The translations under genes and the position numbers were made by a program. From assembly GCF_964204645.1 (NCBI RefSeq), contig NC_134028.1:14701653-14765652 (forward strand): DNA of 64,000 bases, given 5' to 3'. The notes beneath the pieces were generated by a model that was given only the letters and a program-made list of their open reading frames with translations, was not told the origin of the DNA and made no database searches. Shown piece after piece: positions 1 through 10,764 of this stretch (positions are counted from its first letter, which is position 1; every line of letters begins with the position of its first letter). The stretch is from Tubulanus polymorphus. Lineage: Eukaryota > Animalia > Nemertea.

Positions 1-2
1 CC

Positions 3-1612
3 CGTCTAGTTAAGGAACCAGCATCTGGAAGTGAGAGAAAGAAACTAACACGCCGGCAGGAATGGCTTATCAACCAATTGAAATTATTAAGGACATATGT
101 TAAACAACGAGAAACATCTTCATCATTTGAGGTACAAATTTATTACACCACAATCAATTAAAACACAAATACATCAAGAGAACCATAGTAACTTTGTAAT
201 GGAATCATATTCGTTTTGCTACCAACTAAATCAACCAGGTTAAATCATTTCATCTTGCCAACTTACTGCCCCATCATCGCTGATAAGATAATTAGCCAAT
301 GTATCACGTTTTTCTTTTGGTTTTTAAGCCCGCGTAATTACTGCATGGTATTGGTCGTGAGGCAGTTGTCAAATTCCCCCTTTCTCTCCAGGTTCCTTCC
401 TGAATAATCCCATTGTCTGTATCTTCTAAATCAAGGGTCCCTGGTATTGAGGCTATGTGGTCTCCACTTGATAATAGATAATTATGGAGGACACAAGCAG
501 CTAACACTAATTTATCGATCTTATCTGGTGAAAGATTGATTCTATTCAGAAATACTCTGAATCTCATCACAAAGATGCCAAAAGCATTTTCAACTACTCG
601 CCTCGCCCTAGATGATCGATAGTTGAAGATTCGATCTCGTCGGGTCATACTTCGATGAGGATAGGGTTTCATGATATAGTCTTTCAAGGGAAAAGCGTCA
701 TCTGCTACAACATGGTATGACATTTTTATATTTGAATTAGGAAGTTCTCTGCTAGCTGGAATTTCAGAAGACATTTTTGCAAAGCTTCAGCCAAAGAACA
801 ACCCTCAAAAACACCACCATCGGATATTCTTCCGTTGCAACCCACATCAGCATAGATAAATCTATACTTAGCATCAACAAGACCGAGCAAAACGAGACTG
901 AAAAAGTGTTTATAGTTATAATACACGGAGCCTGATTTCTTTGGAGCAGTGATTGCTATATGTTTACCATCGAGTGCTCCCAAAGTATTTGGAAAATTCC
1001 ATTTGTCCCAAAATTCTCCTGCAATTTCCAACCAATCGTCTTCTGTTTGTGGAAGCTGGAAAAAATGACGTTTTGAAAACTAAATAAATGAAATTCATTT
1101 CATGTTTTTAGATCAGTAAAGATGATATACCGGTAACTGATGAGTTTGATGGTGACGATGGTGATGAAAATTTTGATCGCAGTGACGAGCAAAATGAATT
1201 TGATGAGGTCGAAGAGCCATCTGGGCGTAAATTGAAAACTCAAAATGCAGGACCAAACAAACGAAAAGATATCAAATCTTCCAAACGACAGGAAGAGCTG
1301 CTCGAAAAGTTATACGAAGACATCGCTAAACCCATTGAATTACCAGCTGAGGAACAGAAAGGGGAAGATGACCTATTCGGAGAATATATTGGGGCATGTC
1401 TTAAGAAATTTACGAACAAAAGAATTAAACTGCAGGTTATCAATAGAATTAATGAAGCTTTGAACGAAGGAGAAATTGCTCTATTAGATGCCGTGGAACA
1501 TTCAAAATTACCGTCGATGGCCAGTTATTACCATCAAGTACCTAATCCTTCACATCGATATACAGATATGATGATGAATGCTGAACCAACATATACTCCA
1601 TTACAATTATGA
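3..1612 (+). CDS. Harbinger-associated MADF/Myb-BESS-like DNA-binding protein gene, 5' partial; exons 3-131 and 1112-1612
   Basis: Frame from 3 reads RLVKEPASGSERKKLTRRQEWLINQLKLLRTYVKQRETSSSFE, then GT at 132. TTTTTAG ends at 1111. The exon from 1112 is in frame with ORF 1232-1612 (acidic stretch, then EDDLFGEYIGACLKKF..KLQVINRINEAL, BESS-like). It lies next to a Harbinger transposase. Confidence 0.7.
240..1055 (-). pseudogene. PIF/Harbinger (HARBI1-like, DDE_Tnp_4) transposase, last exon, two frameshifts
   Basis: Motifs WNFPNTLGALDGKHI, YYNYKHFFSLVL, DVGCNGRISDGGVF, VADDAFPL, RARRVVENAFGI, AACVLHNY. The C-terminus RDTLANYLISDDGAVSWQDEMI* is in a shifted frame ending at 240. Minus-strand acceptor TTTTTTCCAG precedes 1055. 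Frameshifts near 775 and 310. Confidence 0.92.
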
Positions 1613-1629
1613 CACGTATCTATGTATTA

Positions 1630-1804
1630 CAGTCGACCCCCGATACACCGCTCTCCCATATACTGCCATCCAGCCTACTGCTAGGTTTTCTCGATGTACA
1701 TCTCTATACAAATACATAGTAAAACAGCCCCGATATACCGCCATACTCTCTATACCGCCAAAATCGTTCTGCACCGATGTGGGCGGTATATTGGGGGTTG
1801 ACTG
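1630..1804. mobile_element. pogo/Tc1-mariner-type MITE with TA target duplication
   Basis: TA|CAGTCGACCCCCGATACACCGC ... GCGGTATATTGGGGGTTGACTG|TA. Confidence 0.85.
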
Positions 1805-2072
1805 TAAACATATTTGATTATTATACAGTATGTTTACCGTAAGTTTATTTATTGTGATTATTGTACAGTATACCTTAGACCTAAGCTAAAAAAATTTGAT
1901 ACCTTGTTTCTCTGCTCTACTAGCTTAAAAGTTGACCTGGTCGGCCGCCTATCTACCCTATACATTGCTTTTTACCATAACAGACCCGGCCGCTATAGAA
2001 ATGAACAGCCTACAAATTTTTATAATAATATTTCAGAGAAATGACCCGGCCATCGCGGAGAATGAGGTATCA

Positions 2073-2250
2073 TTTTTAGCCCACTTGGGACTTTAGACGT
2101 AGACGGTATCCAGTTCTTTTGGGAAGTTTTGAAGACGCTTCAATGTAATGTCCTGATATTCGACTTACTCATGTATCTACCCTAGACAAATCTTCAGCCC
2201 AAAAACAGGCCCTGTCAGAATCAAGATGGCCGACTGGCCACTCGATAATG
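2073..2250 (+). repeat. 5' fragment of HINE-like family 2 (full copy at 29588-30853)
   Basis: TTTTTAGCCCACTTGGGACTTTAG ... GGAAGTTTTGAAGACGCT ... CAAGATGGCCGACTGGC matches 29588-29800. Confidence 0.75.
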
Positions 2251-2594
2251 TTTTCCGTTCCATCTTTCGCGGGCACCTAACATTTTACGTAGCACGACTA
2301 AGAATTTCAAGTCGGACAAAGTTTAATGACTTAGTCTTATCTAAATCTCTACTAGGCCTACTTCTAAATAGCCTATCGATTTAGGATGACTGATTAGCCG
2401 TTGTGGATGGGATAAGAATCATTGCACTGAAAATAAAGGCATTAAAGCGTTCTGTTGATCGATCAGGCATTTTCCTTTTGTGAACCACTTTTCCCGGCTT
2501 AGGCCTAGTAATTGACAGCGAGTACCCGAAAAAACATACCTTCTGGTTGTTTGGTGCCATTATTAAGTTCACTACCACATGATAAAAATTTCGT

Positions 2595-2740
2595 GTATCG
2601 CGTCGCAACCGACCTGCGCGCTCTTGCAACTGGCAGCAACTAGTCGCACACAGTCGCTGACAATCGCATCGCAACCGACTTGCGCGGCCACTTGCGACGC
2701 GACGATCGCGTCGCGTCGCATGGCCGACCTAGGCCCGCCT
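2595..2740. repeat. Partial copy of the Harbinger-type MITE seen at 28862-29137
   Basis: CAACCGACCTGCGCGCTCTTGCAACTGGCAG..ACTAGTCGCAC matches 29008-29050. Confidence 0.7.
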
Positions 2741-3094
2741 ATAGATAACTTGTAAAAATACGATTTACACGTAACTTGTACAGCACGTAAGTAGTAGAAA
2801 ACTCGTCAGCCCCGAGGGCTACGACTTATGCGGAGTTGACTGTATTCATAAATCTTGTTTTGTTATTTCTGGTATATCATTTTCAGGATTGATTTTCGAT
2901 TTATTTATTCTATCGAATCCCTCTGGATTATCGGAACGGGTACCTGTTAAAATAGAATTATATGCTGATCATTATCATTACTAAAACTTGCATCAGTTAA
3001 ATCAGGGGGTTGTTCATCAGTTCTACCAAGTTCATTGAAAGTATCCATTTCATAATCTTCTCCACCTTCGACATCCATTTATATAAGAAAATTT

Positions 3095-4274
3095 AAATTT
3101 AAAATACAATATTACTCCTCTTACAATTCCTACACAAGTTTAACCTAATTTAGCATTTTCATGTGATTAATTATTATCATCACTTTTAATTATTTCATGG
3201 TGTATTGTTATCTTATACTTTAGAATCATCATTTACTTTAATATTTTTACTTTTAATTTCAGTTTTTTTTTTTCACCTTATAATCCAAATTTATCATTCA
3301 TTGTTGCAGTTTTTATTAAATTATTATGACCTATTAATTATTTTTATTTCGAACACTAAATCATTAGATATAATCAATAAATTAGGACCTATACATGTAC
3401 AATAATTTACTCTTATATGAGATTTATCTAAATAATTCTGATATCTTATTAAGATTTTCTGGAATTAAGATATATTTATCATTATGAATTGAATCTTCCA
3501 ATAAAACTTTAAATTGTTTTTGTGTATCAAATGAAGTATGATCATTTCCAACTATTGGTGATCTTGTTTCAACTTGTGATCCTAAAATACAAATCAAATA
3601 AATTCTGATAGATTGATTTATTCTTTGTATACCAGATTTTGTAAAACCTTCACAATTTTCTAAAATGAAATTAATCGAACCATTATTATATCAATCTTAT
3701 AATGATGATAAGCTCCAACTCTATGCATATAATCAATTCTTTTTATTTCAGACTGTTCACCAACACCATGCAATTTACCATGCGCTCTAAAATCAGAATT
3801 ATTCATATTTATATTAAATTCATTACAAATTTTATCAAACTTTGATAGATTTAAATTGTTATCAATTTTATTAAAATATTTTGATCCCGTTAAAGGACAT
3901 TCTAACTCATTTAATATAATTCTAATTTGAAAATATGTATGAAATCTAAATACTGTATGAATTAATTTCAAGTCCGAATAATTCAAATTTATATCTGAAT
4001 TATTTAAATGATTATTCCAACTTATTCCACAACCTGTTGTTGCACAATAAACTGCAAAATTTAATCAATTCTGCCAATATTTCATATTAGATTCTATTCT
4101 ATATATATTATATATAGAAGTAAAACAAGTTGTTTCAGTAACATAGATATCTAAATTAATTAATGAATTCAAAACTAAATCTTTATATGAAATATTTTTA
4201 CTAAAATCTATTGTTGGAATATTATATCTAATCAATTTATTATATTGAAAAGCGTTTAGAAAATTATCTACCAT
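3095..4274 (-). pseudogene. Conserved Polinton-like uncharacterised ORF, frameshifted
   Basis: Across frames: YWQN/LNFAVYCATTGCGIS ... FRFHTYFQIRIILNELECPL ... QRINQSIRIYLICILGSQVETRSPIVG, a motif string I recognise from invertebrate Polinton-like elements. Confidence 0.65.
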
Positions 4275-4289
4275 TTATATAATAAAAAA

Positions 4290-4719
4290 ATTAATAATCA
4301 ATTAATTCTAATAATAATATATCGTGTTCTTTAATTGTTATATTTCCATTTAAACTAATCATATAATCTAATGTATTTTTTAATCTATTAATTTTTTTCC
4401 AATCATTATTCCAATCATATTTTTACCAATCATATATTTAATTTGGAGCTCATCCAGTTAAAACACTTGAACTTAAACCTAAAACGCCAATTGATATAGC
4501 TAAAAGTTAATCGACTGAATATTGCTAAAATTGTTATTACAGAACTAATTGTAACAGAACAACTAATAATGAAATAATAGATAACTTTACTTTTCCAATA
4601 CTTTTTTTGACTTTAAAATCATTTTTAAATTCTAATATTTGTTTTTCTAAATATGATTTTGATTTAGATTTATTTATACTATTAGGAATGATATTAACAC
4701 CATCAATTTTATCTTCCAT
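4290..4719 (-). pseudogene. Polinton-like small hydrophobic (membrane) protein remnant
   Basis: MEDKIDG... followed by a hydrophobic stretch (SIISLLVVLL, AISIGVLGLSSSVLTG) and a C-terminal SLNGNITIKEHDILLLE; broken frames. Confidence 0.45.
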
Positions 4720-4744
4720 TGTTATCATGAAAAAATTACTAAAT

Positions 4745-5148
4745 AGTAAATTTATATGCTACAAATAATACAACCACTGTTCCACCCAAAATCCAAATTA
4801 TTTCATATTTTTGTTGTTCATTACTTGGTGTATAATTATCTGAAAATTTAGGTTTATATAGATGTAATTTTAAATTATCAATTCATTGCTTCATCAACTG
4901 ATTAGAAACTGAATGTGAAATTTTCTGATTATATAATTAATTCATTATTAATATTTATATAATTTTGTCTTTTTTCTATTTATTCTTCTGCTGCTTTATT
5001 ATATTTTTCTAATGCTAAATTATGTATTTTCTGTTCAGATAATGAACCATTTTTATCAATATGTTTTATCAAAAAATTAACCCCCACCAGTAAATACTAA
5101 TGCGTTAACAATTGCTGATCCTATTATAGTTATAATCGCAGATGCCAT
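4745..5148 (-). pseudogene. Polinton-like small protein with hydrophobic N-terminus, coiled coil and C-terminal TM segment
   Basis: MASAIITIIGSAIVNALVFTGG ... SEQKIHNLALEKYNKAAEE ... FSDNYTPSNEQQKYEIIWILGGTVVVLFVAYKF. Confidence 0.6.
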
Positions 5149-5219
5149 TTATCTAACAAAAAAAATTACACATCAATTGGAAGAATACATTTCTGTTTTT
5201 CTAAATAATCGATTGTTAA

Positions 5220-5731
5220 ATTAGACTAAGTGACTGCAATTGTTAATTTTAAAATATCATTTAAATCAAATCTATCAACATTAATATCCTATTTTAAATA
5301 ATTTTTTTTTATATCATTGCATATCCAACAGTTCCAACTGATAATAATGCGCCATTATATAATCAATTTATTATCCACCTCTGATCCGCCAAAAAAATTA
5401 CCATCTTCAAAATATTTTTTTACTTTTGTTATTATTATTTCAACATTTATAATATTATTAGTTTCATTTTCATATATTTCAGTTATTATTTTTCTAATAT
5501 CAATAATAAAATCATCATCCAATTCATAAACTATAGAATTTCTAATTAAATCAGTAATTTTTTCTACAATATAAGTTTCTTTATCTATTGTTGATCCATA
5601 ATCAAATGTTGTTTCATTAAAAAATGTAGTATTTTTGATATGAGTTAGTACATCATTAATGTTAAATTAATTTCTTGTTCATGTTTAAAACCAAATCCAA
5701 AACATATACTCGGACCAACTGATATATTCAT
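5220..5731 (-). pseudogene. Unknown ORF remnant inside the Polinton-like block
   Basis: MNISVGPSICFGFGFKHEQE start, then a long open stretch ETTFDYGSTIDKETYIVEKITDLIRNSIVYELDDDF; shares the upstream motif of neighbouring ORFs. Confidence 0.4.
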
Positions 5732-5770
5732 ATTTATATAGTGAAAAAAATATTCTTTACATCTTCTAAC

Positions 5771-6507
5771 TTATTTATAGATTACAGGAAAATTATTCAA
5801 ATCAATTAAATACCCATTGTGATTTCTAATATCTAATTTAAAATTATTTAAAGGTGGAATGAAAGGTTTAAAATCACATTCAGTTAAATTATAATTTATT
5901 TGTGTATCGAATTGTTTAACATCTTTTAATGGTAAAATACTGAATACACTAGAATTACAAGTTGTACATTTATTTGCTTCAAATGTTTTTGTAGGATCAA
6001 TTAAATTGCAATAAATATAAACATGTGTAAAAGACATTATATTTACTCTACTATCAACATTTGAATAAGGTTTATCTGGGATAATTCCTAACACTTTAGC
6101 TATAGGTTTTCAAACTTAAAATTGGTATGGTTCATCATTAGCTAACCTTATATTTATTTTATTAGAACTATCACTTTTATTAGAGCTAATTTCAAATTCA
6201 GTAGATTCTCCTATTTTCAAACGAGCTCCTCTATTATTTTCTTGCGCTGATGTTCATAAATCATATGATCCTGGTTTTAGATATAGAGTAAACCATTTAT
6301 TTTTATTTCTAACAAAATTCCAAAACCTCTATGATAAAAAGTTTTATCTGTGATATTATAAAAAGAATTACATAAACTTACATCTACTAATTTTAAATCA
6401 ACACAATTCTAAAATTCTCTATCTAATTGTATTAGTAAATTATGAGATTAAAGATTTGTAAGTTATCTAGAATCAACATATATTCTATATTCTTTTAATA
6501 CCACCAT
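5771..6507 (-). pseudogene. Minor capsid (penton, single jelly-roll)-like protein remnant
   Basis: N-terminus MVVLKEYRIYVDSR; C-terminal half VNIMSFTHVYIYCNLID ... FSILPL ... DFKPFIPPLNNFKLDIRNHNGYLIDLNN resembles Polinton/virophage penton motifs. Confidence 0.65.
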
Positions 6508-6571
6508 TCATCATTAAAAAAATTACCTCGAACCACTAGAAACCAATTCTAACAAAATTTTTCCTACATAA

Positions 6572-7700
6572 ATGGAAGGGAAAATACCTTGTTAAATGTG
6601 TGTTGAATTTCAAGCTAAAGGTCACATGGCTAGACACATGAAAAGAGATGAAAATTATAAACCCCCTTAAATAACCTGCCCAAATTGTTATAAAACGTTT
6701 TCAAAAAATTATTTCAAAATGAATTCAGAAAAATGTAAAATTAAGGAATTGAGAGTTAACGTTGATAGTAACGATAATAATTCTGTTGAAATTGAACAAG
6801 AAATTATTTGGAAAACCTTTTTGGAAAACCTTTTTTATTTGATGATTAGAAAAGTATAAAAAATCATTTCCGCGAGCATTATCAAATAAAATTTAGTCCT
6901 GAAAATTTAGAAGATTGGGAGAATCATAAATAAAGATAACGTAAATAAATATAAAAAAAAATTTATGTACATCTTTTACCAAAATTTGATGGAAAAAATG
7001 CCCACAATGTGTTTACGAATATTTTATAAAAGAAGATTGTATGATATTTTGTAATGAATGTGGTTATTAAACAAATTTATGGGGCGATGAAAAAAATAAG
7101 AAACTTTCGTAAAAAACCAAAATTGTAATATCTAGATGAAATTTTTAAAATATATTTTATAGAAGTTAATACACCAGAATATACGCAATGGCTTGAAAAA
7201 AAGAAAATAATAGAAAAGTGAAAATGGTAAAATAACTAAAAGTGATGTACTAAAAACAATTATTCCATTATATTTTAACACAAAAGAAAAGAAAATGTAT
7301 TTATATTTATCATTTAACGATTGTCACAAAAAACCTAAATTAACAAAAGAAGATATGAAAAATATAAAAGAAACATTCACAAAAATACTAAATTATTGCG
7401 CGGATAATAATATGAAAGATTCAATTAATTATGAGTTCTTTTTAAACGATTGTAAATTTTTTAAATATCGATTTTTTAATTCCATTTGATGAAATAACAA
7501 ACAAAAAGGGCGAGATGAAATGTGGAACAATATAGAACTTTATTTAAATGAGAAAAATGAAATGGAAGAACCTAAAGAAATTATAGAAAAACACTCAGAT
7601 GAAAATTCAGATAAGAAAACACCAGAAAATAATTATCATTCACCTAGTAGAAGAATGAGAACAATATGGCTGGAACTAAGTAGTTTAAAAAATCGTTATT
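6572..7700 (+). pseudogene. Degenerate zinc-finger-containing ORF(s) of the Polinton-like block
   Basis: MEGKIPC*MCVEFQAKGHMARHMK ... TCPNCYKTFSK with multiple stops and frameshifts; ORF pieces 7295-7489 and 7520-7700. Confidence 0.4.

Positions 7701-7704
<4 letters not shown>

Positions 7705-7783
<79 letters not shown>
7705..7783. repeat. (TA)n microsatellite
   Basis: Uninterrupted TA run of about 39 units. Confidence 0.98.
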
Positions 7784-7786
<3 letters not shown>

Positions 7787-7839
7787 GTATGGTTAGTAAT
7801 TATATATATTTTTATATATCATTATTATATTTTATATAA

Positions 7840-8242
7840 TAAAACTGTAGGTATCTAGTTCCTGTAAACATATTTGTTCCTCTAGTAAGACCCCCTTTTA
7901 GGGAATTATCCACAAAATCACCATATTTCGAGATAAATGCGATTATAATTGTATCATCCATTTCAATGACCGCATCTACAACTTTCACATTGATAATAGT
8001 TTTTATAGACATCACTAAACGTAACATAACGGCCATGTATAGGCAATTCTCTAGAAGTAATCAAGTTTCTTGTATCAGAAACACGAGAAGTTATAATGTA
8101 GTTAACGTTAGTTAATTTAATTGACAAAACTTTGCTTACGTCGACGTTTTTGCCATTTAATGCCTCCAAAATGCAATAGTTTTTCCTTTCCAAAGGGTCT
8201 CAGGTTGAATTTAACAGAATTTTCCCTGTTTAGATACTCCAT
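7840..8242 (-). pseudogene. L1/Tx1-clade LINE ORF1 (RRM-type, ZCCHC3-like) fragment
   Basis: LPIHGRYVTFSDVY / IINVKVVDAVIEMDDTIIIAFISKYGDFV..LTRGTNMFTGTRYLQF; the LSKYG and TGTR motifs are typical of Tx1/L1 ORF1; frameshifted. Confidence 0.65.
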
Positions 8243-8261
8243 TTTTAAAGATTTCACAGCT

Positions 8262-8975
8262 GTATATGATTGAAATTTGTTGCTAATGGTAATTTGATAT
8301 AAGCTGATGCTTTAATATCCATTTCTGTTGAAAATTTACAATCATTTGTAAATATTTTATTACTTTTTGATGTTTTATTCCTTTTTGTATTATAAATATT
8401 TAAATCTAATAATATAATTTCATTCAATGTTAAGCCAGAACCTTTAAAATATCTTTCTTCAATATGACATGTAAATTCAGTAAAATTTTTACTAATTTCT
8501 CTTTTATTTGTGTTTTTGAAATTATTTCTTCAGAATGTGTTTGAATGTTATATTCCATTATTTTCTTCTGGTTTTATGAAAATTACTTTTCCAGAAATAC
8601 CAATTTTTGGATATTTTACATCTGTTACAAAATCCATTATTTTTCCATTATTTCAATATATTTGCTATAATCTTCTATTGTTGTTCCGATTTAATTTCTA
8701 ACATTATCCATATATTGTTTATTCAAAATAGATTTAGTTTTTGTAACTGGATTTTTAATAGATCTTTTTACTTGAGATTTATCATAAAAATATTCAGTTC
8801 CTAAAATATTTTTACTTAAATTTTGTAGATGTTTTTGTGTTTCAAGATGTCTATCATAATTCTTTTTACTTATAAGTTCATTACAAACATTACATTTAAT
8901 TTCATCTTTTTTCATATTTTCTAATTGTTCTTTTCTTTCGTTGGAACTTTCTGGAGTTTCAAAATCTATAACATT
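8262..8975 (-). pseudogene. N-terminal region of a Polinton protein-primed family B DNA polymerase with a zinc finger, truncated
   Basis: C2H2-like CNVCNELISKKNYDRHLETQKH, then IEERYFKGSGLTLNEIILLDLNIY ... ASAYIKLP, matching the GSGW..I..LDLNI..GSSYIKLP pattern upstream of the Maverick pPolB exonuclease domain. Confidence 0.65.
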
Positions 8976-9283
8976 TTTTTATGATTTGCAGATTTTCAGG
9001 CCGAGATTTATTAGATTTAGCAATGTATTTTTTACAATGAGAACAATAATATTGATTTTTATAAATGTCGATTTGTTCTGATTGGAACTCACTGTCTCCC
9101 ATTTTAAAGGAAAATACCGTACTCTGGTATGAAACCCTGATTTTTCATTACTCGTGAAGACACCATGTCGGAATTTAAAACGTGTGTATATCCTACGGTA
9201 CTAAAATGTGATTCACTTCAAGATAATAATAGAACCCATCGAGAAGTATCAATGTGTATTACGTATATTCCTTTGTTTTCATA

Positions 9284-10724
9284 CTAAAGACAGTGTGAAG
9301 GAAAATGTCTGGCTGTTAGTCTTATCGAGACACAGAAGGACGACTCACTTTCATCTGGACTTATTTCAGCATCAGATGAGGTGCTAGGAACAGGCAATTC
9401 AACGACATCCGGAGTGCTGACGATAAAATTGGCATTTTTGTAGCAGTTTACGATCGTCTCTTGTTTAACTTTTCGCCATGCCGCTTTAAGAGTTATACAG
9501 GCGTCAAGAAGATCCCATTTTAATGGGACTGATGCATCAGACTCAGCCGCCTCTAATCGTGTAGCAAGGACATGTCGGTAATGAAATTTCAAGTTCTTTA
9601 TGATCCCACTGTCCATAGGCTGGGTGACACTCGTCGTGTTCGGCGGTAAGAAAAACAGTTCGATATTGTCCAACTCAATGTGTGGGTGGGCTGAGCAATT
9701 GTCTAACACCATTGCAATCTTTCTCCTTTCAACAAGCATGCGACGGTCCAATTTACGGAACCAACTTTCGAACCAGTCTCCGGTCATCCAGGCTTTTTTA
9801 TTAGCCGTGTCCTGCACCGGTACGTGTTGTACATTCTTGAATACGTGCGGATTCTTTGCCTTTCCGATCACATAGAATGCTAGTTTTTCGCTTCCAGACA
9901 TATTGCTAGCGACGAGCACGGTTATACGAGTTTTTGGTTATTTTCGACCATGGGTTTTCTGCCTCGAAAATCCAAGGGACTTTTCTAGCAGCATTTGCCA
10001 GAAAAGTCCCGTTTCATCAGCGTTAAATATGTTGTCAGGAGTAAATCTTTCCAAAATATCTTTTAATGTTCCCTCATTCCATTCGTTCACAATCGCTAAG
10101 TCAACCCCTGCTGATTCTACTGACTTACTGACCTGCACAATTCCATACCGTTTTTTGAATCTATCAATCCAGCTTGAACTAATTAAAGCTGGATTTTCTT
10201 CATATCCAAACTCGATGGCAAAGTCGCGCGCCTTTTTCAATAACATTTCACCATCAAGCCTCAGGTCAGGAATCTGTGCTTTCTGCCAGAACCAAAGGTT
10301 CAATGCAAGATCTACATCAGCATACGTTGGTTTTCTGTCCCGCTTGATTTGCCTTTTTCTCGCGTCAGGATTCTCAACTCAAAATATTGTCCTTGTTCTT
10401 AATATAATCGTTTAGAGTCTGCCGCTTGATATTAAACTTTGTCGCTACATCGATCTTTTTCATACCCGGATTTTTTTGCACAAACTTTAAAATGTCATAT
10501 TTCTACTGGTATGTTTTAGTCTGCAACTTTCTAGGAGCCATCTTACCTCGTGAGAAACTAACTCAGACTGTACGCTGAACAGTATTATCTACGACTCTAT
10601 ATCGATTGTTGTGTTTTATACTGCACAAGAGCCGCCGCGCATATTCACTCACAACAGTAGCAGGCCCTGACTACTTAAACAAAATGACGAATAAAACGAT
10701 GATGACTTAACCGAGTTTGACTGT
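9284..10724 (-). mobile_element. pogo/Tigger (TIGD4/6-like) transposon, transposase pseudogene 9284-10541 plus 5' TIR
   Basis: MAPRKLQTKTYQ*KYDILKF..KIDVATKFNIKRQTLNDYIK (CENP-B-type HTH), WIDRFKKRYGI, IFNADETGLFW, NKKAWMT, LDNCSAH, FLPPNTTSVTQPMDSGII. TIR reads TA|CAGTCAAACTCGGTTAAGTCATC from 10724. Stops and frameshifts present. Confidence 0.93.
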
Positions 10725-10764
10725 ATTTGTAAATACAAATGTCCACTAGATGAAGGGCTAACTT

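Larger units (their letters stand above)
2846..8975. mobile_element. Degenerate Polinton/Maverick (adintovirus-like) endogenous virus remnant
   Basis: Sharply more AT-rich block with tightly packed, intronless, broken ORFs. It includes a penton-like ORF, a pPolB-type N-terminus and several small ORFs resembling those of marine invertebrate Polintons. No TIRs, integrase or major capsid gene are visible. Confidence 0.78.

Noticed and set aside
2803-2843. Partner TIR of the Tigger at 9284-10724, which would enclose the viral block
   Set aside because: It has the same orientation as the 10700-10724 TIR (both end GACTG|TA) and a different sequence, so it is a separate orphan end
7520-7858. 112 aa ORF with an IYIYIY run
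   Set aside because: The run is a translation of the (TA)n microsatellite
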